Of a stretch of 64,000 bases of DNA, positions 22,610 through 30,897 are shown one piece after another (position 1 is the first letter of the stretch; each line of letters opens with the position of its first letter). Position numbers and translations under genes: made by a program. The notes beneath the pieces were generated by a model that was not told the origin of the DNA, searched no databases, and saw only the letters and a list, made by a program, of their open reading frames with translations. The stretch comes from Guillardia theta CCMP2712 (lineage: Eukaryota > Protista > Cryptophyta), in assembly GCF_000315625.1 (NCBI RefSeq), contig NW_005434540.1, positions 63,625 to 127,624 on the forward strand, written 5' to 3'.

Positions 22610-23356
22610 ATGGGAGAGGTCGAGGACGAGGAGTGGTCGATGGTGAAGTGGAACGAGCTGATGGTGTGGACACTGCTGGCGGTGGTCAACTTCTTCCAGC
22701 AGGTCGGATTCTTCTTCATCCTCATGCTCTCGGGCCCGGGTTTCTCCAACGACAACCTACCCTTCTGCGACAGCCTGAGGTTCATAAGCAACAACCTCGC
22801 CGACATGCCCGGCATCGCCTCCTACCTCGTCGTCATATGGATCATGCAGTGGTTCATACTCGGCATCGTCAGCTGCCAGAAGACGCCGCTGGTGAACCGC
22901 GACGTGAGCAAGGTGCTCGCCTCCATCAGCTACATCGGCGTCTTCTGCGTGGTCCTCTACAACCAGGGGTCGGACAGGGAGGACCTCCATCTCCTCGGGG
23001 CGGTGATCATGATCCTGCCCGTCCTCATAGCGCAGTTCCTCATCGCCACGGAGGCCTTCACAAGGGCCAGCAAGGACGGCCACTCAAACCCACACACGGT
23101 AGCCCCCACGCTGTCCCTCGTCACCATGTCGATCATCTCCATGACGACCATCATGGGGCTGCTCTACTGCTTCCTCTACCTCCTCAACAGGGGAGGGTTC
23201 GCCTCCGTCTGCATGTCCGCGGTGGTCATACTCGAGTACGTCGTCTACTTCATGCTCGTCATCAACAACCTGCTCGTCTACTTCGACTTCACCGCCATGC
23301 ACGCCTACAGCAAGCTGAACCCCAAGGCACCGAGGTACACAGAGGACAGCACATAG
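22610..23356 (+). CDS. ~6-TM protein resembling the Frag1/DRAM/Sfk1 (TMEM150-like) family
   Basis: FISNNLADMP (cf. YISxxGxxPP), LHLLGAVI (cf. HxxGA) and ILEYVV (cf. EW) in the expected order; TATAAA at 22579. Confidence 0.6.
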   Translation: MGEVEDEEWSMVKWNELMVWTLLAVVNFFQQVGFFFILMLSGPGFSNDNLPFCDSLRFISNNLADMPGIASYLVVIWIMQWFILGIVSCQKTPLVNRDVSKVLASISYIGVFCVVLYNQGSDREDLHLLGAVIMILPVLIAQFLIATEAFTRASKDGHSNPHTVAPTLSLVTMSIISMTTIMGLLYCFLYLLNRGGFASVCMSAVVILEYVVYFMLVINNLLVYFDFTAMHAYSKLNPKAPRYTEDST

Positions 23357-23574
23357 TCTCACTAGTTACAAATCACTGCCCCAACTAAAAAGAAATAAAC
23401 TAAACATTTCTTTTTTACTTTTTTTTACTTTTAAATGACGATCGCCGGGATCCATCCGGCGAATCAGGTCAGAGAGGGGAGGCGGGCATCCACTCCCTGG
23501 GAGGGCCTCGGATCCTCATTCGGTGCAACCACACTTATAAAATCGACCCTCAACGAAGACCCTGCAAAGCCACC

Positions 23575-23970
23575 ATGATGCCCTTCATATCCTTCCTTGG
23601 CCCAGTGCTCCTGACGGCCATGGGGTCCATCTCCCTGGCCGTCTGCTACCAGACGATCGCCCACCTCATCTTCCCAGCGAGACCGGAGAAGAAACCACGC
23701 CCGACTTACCGCTACGTGGTGCCCAAGCTCAAGGAGGTGGCGAAAGTGCTGGATCCCGTCAAGGCTCAAGACGCGGCATCCGGAGACTGGCCCAGGTTCT
23801 CGGCGGGGGGCTGTGCCGTCGCCTCCGATGGCAACTGCTCAACCAACTGCTCCATTTCGGGCTTTGAGGACGCGAGGGAATCCACCCCGGACCCCATGGA
23901 CTCCGCGGAGGCCGCACTCCCACCTCCCGCCGAGCCCAGGCCGCTGGTGTTCTGCCCGCTCAGGGTCTGA
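23575..23970 (+). CDS. 131-aa protein with an N-terminal TM/signal anchor
   Basis: Hydrophobic N-terminus followed by a basic stretch; TATAAA at 23536; overlaps the convergent gene by 205 bp. Confidence 0.55.
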   Translation: MMPFISFLGPVLLTAMGSISLAVCYQTIAHLIFPARPEKKPRPTYRYVVPKLKEVAKVLDPVKAQDAASGDWPRFSAGGCAVASDGNCSTNCSISGFEDARESTPDPMDSAEAALPPPAEPRPLVFCPLRV

Positions 23971-24458
23971 GGAGATCCGACCGTCACCACGTCCTCGGTA
24001 TCCGTGTCCTCCTCCTCCTCCTCCTCCTCCTCCTCCTCCTCCTCCTCCTCTTCATCCACCTCATCGGAGAGGCTCTCATCCATGGAGGAGGAAGAGAGGG
24101 CGTCGTCGACTTCGTCATAACGGAGGAAGCCGCCGCCTCTCTTGCCGGGGTAATAATCCGAGTCGTAGCTGGCCTCGCTGGGAGGGCCTTCCTCCTCCTC
24201 ATCCTCGGACTCGCAGGCCTCCCCCTCCTCCGCATCCAGGAGGGCCTCCTCGTCATCCGCCACGGTGAGCCTCCCCGTCCTCCTCAGCATGTCCTCCCGG
24301 TCGAACTCCCGGTTCACCTCCGTGGCCACCGCCTGGAAGATCCTGGAATCCTCCCTCGCCTCCTCCCACTCGAGGATGGACTGGACGCGCTCCCTGGCGG
24401 CATCCACACACCTCCTCTTTGGACGGATCATGTCCGCTACTGGGACGGGAGAGGCCAT
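23766..24458 (-). CDS. 230-aa highly acidic protein with an N-terminal helical domain
   Basis: RPKRRCVDAARERVQSILEWEE followed by long D/E tracts. Confidence 0.7.
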   Translation of the reverse strand: MASPVPVADMIRPKRRCVDAARERVQSILEWEEAREDSRIFQAVATEVNREFDREDMLRRTGRLTVADDEEALLDAEEGEACESEDEEEEGPPSEASYDSDYYPGKRGGGFLRYDEVDDALSSSSMDESLSDEVDEEEEEEEEEEEEEEEDTDTEDVVTVGSPQTLSGQNTSGLGSAGGGSAASAESMGSGVDSLASSKPEMEQLVEQLPSEATAQPPAENLGQSPDAAS

Positions 24459-24519
24459 GCTGTCTTTTCTACCCTCTCAGGCATGAGCAAATGAAACACA
24501 AAACACACTTTTTATTCCA

Positions 24520-24933
24520 TCACGCGTCGTGCACACACCCACAGACATGGCACTTCACGTTGGTCATCACACGGATCTTCTCCCTCTGCTCCCCGAAGCC
24601 ACTCACGTGGACGTACATCACGATGCCGTCCGAGAGACTGTAGTAGTTCATCAGAGGCGTGCGGTCCTGCCGGTCGTTCATCCATCCGTCCCCTCCCCTC
24701 CTCGGTGGAGGCCTCCCGGGGAACGCGTAGCCGTTGCACTTGTTCCTCTTCCGGTGAGGGTCGTCCGACACCGTGTGGGTGCAATCCGGGCAAACCACAC
24801 CGCGCTCCACATCCCGATGGCACTTCTCGTCGAGGAAGTGAGAGCAAGACCAGCAGACGATGGGATCGGGGAACATGTTACTGTACCACACATCCAAGGG
24901 ATCGGGAGGACCCCTCTTCCCACCCTGGGCCAT
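24520..24933 (-). CDS. 137-aa Zn-ribbon-like protein
   Basis: Three CxxC pairs (CWSC, CPDC, CHVC) plus extra Cys/His. Confidence 0.6.
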   Translation of the reverse strand: MAQGGKRGPPDPLDVWYSNMFPDPIVCWSCSHFLDEKCHRDVERGVVCPDCTHTVSDDPHRKRNKCNGYAFPGRPPPRRGGDGWMNDRQDRTPLMNYYSLSDGIVMYVHVSGFGEQREKIRVMTNVKCHVCGCVHDA

Positions 24934-25255
24934 GGGGATTAGACCACCCTCACATGGGGCCTAGACCACCCCTCCTTCCTACTACAGGGTACCCACACAC
25001 TCTTTCTTCCGTATGGTCAGAGCGGGGATGTGGCTCCCTCCTCCCGGTCCCCTGGGAGAGGGAGGGGGGGGGAGCCGACAGATCTTTGGAAGGAGAAGTT
25101 TTTTTTTCTACGGTTACAGATTTTCTTTAAAGATAACGGAAAGAATTAAATGAGTTTCGCCGGACAGTATAGTATAGAGCATAGTATGTATAGAGTATAC
25201 ATAGTGTATGTATGTATGTATGTATGTATGTAGTATACATAGTATGTATGTATAG

Positions 25256-25281
25256 TATGTATTGAATCGATTCAATACATA
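25256..25281. repeat. Perfect 26-bp palindrome TATGTATTGAATCGATTCAATACATA at the end of a (TATG)n/AT-rich tract
   Basis: Equals its own reverse complement; preceded by ~90 bp of TATG/TATAG microsatellite and runs into an A8 tract. Confidence 0.95.
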
Positions 25282-25442
25282 AAAAAAACAGATGCAACCA
25301 AGGATTTCCCAGACACCCCGCCCTCTCCCCAGGGCCTCCAGGGACCCTGGCCCTCATCCCCACTCAGACCAAAAAAGGTTTTTATCCTTTTGTAGTTTAT
25401 TCACTGATGGGATACCTAATCAACCAACCTGGTTACGCATCT

Positions 25443-25886
25443 TCACATGCCCAATGAGGAGGGCCTCTTGCTCACGTCCTTCATGAATTGCAACATATGG
25501 GTGTAGAATCGATACTTTGCTTTGGACTGCATCATGTTATCAACGAGGTTGGAGAGTATATCCCGCTGGAGGGTCATCTGATGTTTAGCGGCCATCTTTC
25601 TGTTCTTATCATCCCTGTGTTTCTTTCGGAGGCGTTCCACCTCAGTTTTACCTTTCTTGATGGTCTCACGTATGAGGCACACGGTGTTGGTCTCGATGAG
25701 CTCGTCGCAGTGGAAGACCGCCGCGGCGAGAAAGCACATCTCAATGTCTTCAAGGGCCATGCTTACCAGCATTTCGTGATCCATGTCGGGAATCTCCTCG
25801 GAACGCACACCGGATGGGGATGCGGTGGGTTTGGCAGGCTTGACCTGCTTGCCCTGTCGCTTCGGGTGTCTTTGGGTGCTGGGCAT
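25443..25886 (-). CDS. 147-aa basic helical hypothetical protein
   Basis: Intronless ORF; TATTTAAA at 25931-25924 upstream. Confidence 0.65.
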   Translation of the reverse strand: MPSTQRHPKRQGKQVKPAKPTASPSGVRSEEIPDMDHEMLVSMALEDIEMCFLAAAVFHCDELIETNTVCLIRETIKKGKTEVERLRKKHRDDKNRKMAAKHQMTLQRDILSNLVDNMMQSKAKYRFYTHMLQFMKDVSKRPSSLGM

Positions 25887-26121
25887 GATGCTCTAGGAGA
25901 TGGCATGGGTGGGGGCAGCGCAGTTTAAATAGAGCGGGGTTGCAAGTGGTTTATTCAAAAACCATGAACGAGACATCAAATCCAAGGCATTGGAAACATT
26001 CCATGTCGGCGACTGTGTTGTCTTCACGTAGACATTGCTGGGTGCGAGAGAGTCCGACGGGCATGCGATTCTCGAGTTTAGCGAGAAACAGTTGCACGTA
26101 GCGAATAAGGTTAACCGACCC

Positions 26122-26340
26122 TGGCTTTCATCGTTTGCGTGCTCGCCTGTTTCGTCAGTATCGCTCTCGCATGGGTCTAGCCGTCCTCCTCGCAGGAGCC
26201 TTGCGCTACTGCTCTTTGTCCTGATCCTTGTTCCCTGCGTGTGTGGCCGCAAATGGCGGCGTTTATGAGCACTTCGTATCGGCTTCTGCGCCTTTTCCAT
26301 GCATGTAATCACTGATTGTTGCTATATGATGTTCTTATAT
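26122..26340 (+). mobile_element. Severely 5'-truncated tail of an RLE-type non-LTR retrotransposon
   Basis: 26122-26228 is nearly identical to 39068-39185 and encodes GFHRLRARLFRQYRSRMGLAVLLAGALRYCSL; the 3' boundary is approximate. Confidence 0.6.
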
Positions 26341-26588
26341 CATTCCTTTGAACCAGTATTGAATATATGTATGTATTGGTTCTAGACAAGGTAACGATAA
26401 GGCATGTGCATGAGATTGTGATGATGATGAGGTGGTGGATGTGGAGGTGATGATCGGATGATGATGATGATGATGATGAGCAGGAGGAGGAGGAAGAGAA
26501 GGATGAGGTGGTGAAGGAGGAGATGGATGTGGAGGAGATGAAGATGATGATGAGGAGGACGTGAGGAGGAGGTAGTGGTGTGGTGATG

Positions 26589-26896
26589 GATGTGGAGGTA
26601 ATGATGATGATTACGAGGATGTGGAGGTAATGATGATGATTACGAGGATGTGGAGGTAATGATGATGATTACGAGGATGTGGAGGTAATGAAGATGATTA
26701 CGAGGATGTGGAGGTAATGATGATGATTACGAGGATATGGAGGTAATGATGATGATTACGAGGATATGGAGGTAATGATGATGATTACGAGGATATGGAG
26801 GTGATGAAGATGATTACGAGGATATGGAGGTAATGAAGATGATTACGAGGATATGGAGGTAATGATGATGGTGATGAGGATGTGGAGGTGATGATA
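26589..26896 (+). repeat. 29-bp minisatellite GATRTGGAGGTAATGAWGATGATTACGAG, ~10.5 copies
   Basis: Units start at 26589, 26618, ... 26879; embedded in (GAT)n/(GAG)n low-complexity sequence. Confidence 0.95.
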
Positions 26897-26988
26897 CGTA
26901 TCTCACTCTGCAATTTTTTATTCACGTTATCTGGTATCGCACGAAGGTTTACAATCGCGATACTGCAAGTTAGTTCCTATGTTCTCCA

Positions 26989-29765
26989 TCACCTCTCATT
27001 ACAGCTTCTATCTACCCTGCGCCTCTTTCGTATTCTCTCCTTTGGTCTGAGCACGGCTACCACTGTCAACCAACATAAGAGACTGAAGTTCGACACGTCC
27101 TCTTGTGCCGGAATGGCACCTGTCACCCTCTGATATTGCTCAAACAAGTAATTTTCGCAATGGTCGAATATGAAATCAGCCTCTCTGCGATTGGGGTTGG
27201 CCTTGTAGATACCCAGAGCGCTGGCTTCGGCATCAATCATTCTCACCATAAATTTCAGGTCTGAATGTCTCTTGCCATCAGATTTCGTAGGGAAGTCTTT
27301 ACCTCTCAAGGACTTGAATGGAGGTAGCTTCGTCTCTGCGTGTCCGAAATGATAAATCATGTACATGCTTCTTGTTGTGTTGCCACCCCACTCAAACTTG
27401 CACGCGTCCACTTGGCTTCCAGTGCCTCCCCCACTCCCGCTTGGCATGGCGGCCAAGCTTCCACTTGCCGGGCTAATGTGTGCTGATCTTGAGTCCATTG
27501 CACTTCCTCCATGTATGCTCCTTGGCAACGGCATCCCGGTTCCCGCTTCATCTGGAATCTGCCGTATCCCTGTATTGCTCACACGCCCTTGCTCCGTTCT
27601 GATCAGAAGTGTATCCATCTTCTCATTGAATCTATTCTGAGCTTCAAGTAAACGACTTTGCGAATGCAACATCCGACTTTGCGAATCTAGAACATTCTGA
27701 ACAAAGTCTCCACTGACCGTCACTGCATTCACCCTACTATCACGGCTGTTGTTGCCTGTTGCTGTCACTGTCATCTCAGACGCCACGGCCCCTGGCGGCC
27801 CTCCCCACTGACCTGCGGACGGATGAATACCATCCGTGGCACCGCGTCCTCCTGCCATTGTCATCATCAAATTCTTCATTTCCATAACTTGGCCTTTCAA
27901 TTCTGCCAAGTCCTGCATAATGGATGTATGCGGAGTGATTCCAGTTGGTACTCTCCCGTGCGCTTCAGTTGTTACCCATTTCTTCAATGTATCCAAGTAT
28001 CCTTGGTGTATGAATAATTCTGTCCGAAACAGGGGGTGATTCCGTGGCATGACTTTCCGAAGAAACGTTTCGTGATAAACCACAGATGCTAGAGATTGTT
28101 CGACAAGCGTCCTCAGTCTTGCGTTTTCCCGAACATGTGGATATACTTGGTCCATGACCTCGTTGATTGCCTCCCTGCCTTCACGATTTTCACACCAGAA
28201 CATCGGTGGCAGAGCCGCGAATTCAGGCCTGTCCGTGGGTAATCCACAACAGGTTCTTCCAACCTGGCAACGGAGACAGTCACCGTATCGTCAGCCTTAG
28301 ACAATGCCGTTGAAAACTTACTTGCTGATCTCCAGCCCTTTCATACCTCAAGTGCGTGTCCTGAATGATACCCATCTTCCACCCTGCTCTCTGGCAAATT
28401 GCAGTGATGCTGGGTCCAAAAGTGGTTCCAGACGCAGTATACGTTGCTGATCCCTTCCTGATACTATGTGTTCCTGTCAAATGTGCATTACTGGACAGGG
28501 ATACAGTTGGAATGCAGAATTATACCCAAGTCTCCTACGTGTAGCGCATTGTTTTCCAACGCCTCCAGGACTTCAGAATCACGCAACAGCCGTTGACTGA
28601 ACAGTTTTTTAAACCGCTCGTACTGATTCGAGCCAGGGAATAAACGTCCTCCTGACGTGGGATGGTTGGGAGGAAACATCAGCCAGTAAATTCCTTGGGG
28701 CAAAGAATTATTCAGGTTAGACATTGAAACTTAGATCATCGCCCACCTAGTGCTAAAATGGGGCAGATGGCTGGATTGCACGTGTTGGCATAAACGTGTT
28801 TGGGATCCCTGGAATCGGCAAGTACGGTAGTAAGCAACACAATTGCTGGAATATTCAGTGTATCACCTAGCACGTTCCCCTGCTTGATCGTTGTTCTGAT
28901 GGTTGATATAGAATTGAAAAGCATCGTTTGCAAAATCAAGATGATTATACATCAGCGCAGCAGTATTGCTTGATCGAGACATCAGATTCCAGCTCAGCAC
29001 CATAAACGTTCTTCCCCAAATGAATTCCCGTTCAGCTTTGGCAAGCATTACTGTTCCTAACACTTGATACACGGCAAAAGGAAGAGGATCTTTCCCCATC
29101 GTGACTTCTACACTGCGGTTCCTCGCTGGTTTTCGGTTGCACTTTTCCTTGAGCTCCACAAAACTTCTACTCAACTCACTCTGAACCTCGGTAAATTTGA
29201 GTTCTGGTACCCGGTACAGATGAAGAAGATACATCAAAGCAGATCGATAGGTACCACACGTTGCAAAGGCAAGGTCCGGCTTCTGCCTCAAAAGATGAGT
29301 TATCCAAAACATGAAATGTTCTCCAGTGAATTTGACCATGTCGATAGGAATTGGATTCCTCTGTGTCAGTATCTGATGTAAGTATGGCAACGAGGGAAGG
29401 TTATCAGCCGTTTTGCGGCCTTCTTCAGCTTCAATGTCCTCTTTCAGCGCAGCCGTGATCAGACCGAAGTCATCGTCTCTTGCATACAAAAACTCAATGA
29501 AATGAGTCATATGCCCGTGATACATTTTCCGTGTACTGTCAGCTAGATTGTTGTTCAAAATATCTTCCAAATCGCGTCTTAATTGTTCTGAATCCTCCAA
29601 TCTTGGCAGTTCTCGACGTGAAAGGGCAGCATTTTGAGCCTGGGGTACTGCCTGAAGCTCTGACGCTCCAAAGGCCTCTGCGGCTTGAGCGGCTTGCGTG
29701 GCGGCAGATGGTATTTGTTCGCATGCTGCCTGACCACATTCCCCTGTTCTTTGATGCTCATCCAT
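26989..29765 (-). mobile_element. CryptonS-type tyrosine-recombinase transposon gene, 5 exons, 851 aa
   Basis: Introns at 28866-28809, 28746-28694, 28525-28474 and 28321-28264 give a 2556-nt open frame with YRSAL, GKDPLPF, WNLMSRS, RDPKHVYAN, ICPILALG, LFPG, GTHSIRKGSAT, RAGW, LRYERAGD, VGRTCCGLP, FAALPP and a C-terminal GCR1_C-like segment (LPPFKSL..KRHSDLKFMV). Confidence 0.9.
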
Positions 29766-30230
29766 GTTACCAGCACAAAGCGCATGGAAAAGACGCCTGC
29801 AGCAGCTGCATACTTCCCTGGCACATACTCAGGACCTTGAGCATGTCATCGCCCTCATTGACCGAATCATCACCCTCAACCTCAAGTTTCCAGTACACGG
29901 TGCGGTCACTGCCCTCTGAGATGATCCCTGCGATGATCCCGGCAGACTCCAGGGCAGACTCTCTCCGAGCAGGACTCCGAGCAGCCGGGACTCCGAGGAT
30001 CCGCGCACACGCTGTTCTGCTCCGCAAGACTCTCCTGGCAGGACTCTACTGGAATCCAGCCCAGGGCCCGGGATGAAGGTGTCTGGCACTGCCGGTCTAG
30101 CACTGACCGTGTACTGACCGTGTCAGATCTGAGGGATCATCTGAGGGATCCGCATCACTGGATCCGCATCTGGATCCGCATCTGGATCCGCCGCATCGTC
30201 CGCACTGCGGCATCTGCGTCCGCATCTGCG

Positions 30231-30897
30231 CGAGGAAAAGGTTCAACTTCCCTTCTAACGCTAGCGGGTCGGAATGCGAGAGCCAGTCGGGGAGATGCAG
30301 GAGCGCCACGTTGAGGGTGCCATGAGCAAAGGCATCGGGCACGAAAAGCTCCCTTATCACGAGATCATATCCTGCTTCTTGTAAGCCCCCACACAGTCCC
30401 ATCCTCTTCAACCAGAACGTGATCGAGTCCTTCAGGACACTGGAGATGGTGAAAGAGGCAGCAACCCCTAGCTCGATCTTGTTCATCTTCCCTCTTCTTC
30501 ATCGGATCGCAGTGGCACGAGTGGGGATGAGGGGTGGGGGCCGAATGTGCGTGGAATGGAGCCGAGGTAGGGAGCAGGCATACAGGTAGGAGGAGGAGGG
30601 AGAGAGGAGGGGGAGAGCGGTAGAGGCAGAGAAGAGGGAAGATGAACAAGATCGAGCTAGGGGTTGCTGCCTCTTTCACCATCTCCAGTGTCCTGAAGGA
30701 CTCGATCACGTTCTGGTTGAAGAGGATGGGACTGTGTGGGGGCTTACAAGAAGCAGGATATGATCTCGTGATAAGGGAGCTTTTCGTGCCCGATGCCTTT
30801 GCTCATGGCACCCTCAACGTGGCGCTCCTGCATCTCCCCGACTGGCTCTCGCATTCCGACCCGCTGGCGTTAGAAGGGAAGTTGAACCTTTTCCTCG
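30231..30897. repeat. Long inverted repeat: 268-bp arms (30231-30498 and 30630-30897) with a 131-bp spacer
   Basis: The left arm is the reverse complement of the FkbH gene's 5' end; I saw one mismatch (CTAGCG vs CTGGCG). Confidence 0.95.

Larger units (their letters stand above)
14530..26120. mobile_element. Putative endogenous large-DNA-virus fragment (about 12 compact orphan genes)
   Basis: Abrupt switch to gene-dense, almost intronless, C/G3-biased ORFs with short intergenic spacers, TATA-like boxes 30-56 bp before ATGs and AT-rich 3' ends. No capsid or polymerase hallmark recognised. Confidence 0.7.

Noticed and set aside
14530-26120. Polinton-like virus or virophage assignment
   Set aside because: No recognisable packaging ATPase, jelly-roll capsid, pPolB, integrase or terminal inverted repeats.
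26589-26896. CRISPR-like array
   Set aside because: Head-to-tail repeats with no unique spacers, no cas genes, eukaryotic context.
26900-30230. Crypton terminal repeats or target-site duplication
   Set aside because: No convincing terminal repeat found by eye; element ends left undefined.
30097-30486. Independent second FkbH gene
   Set aside because: Only the inverted copy of the first 85 codons running into repeats.
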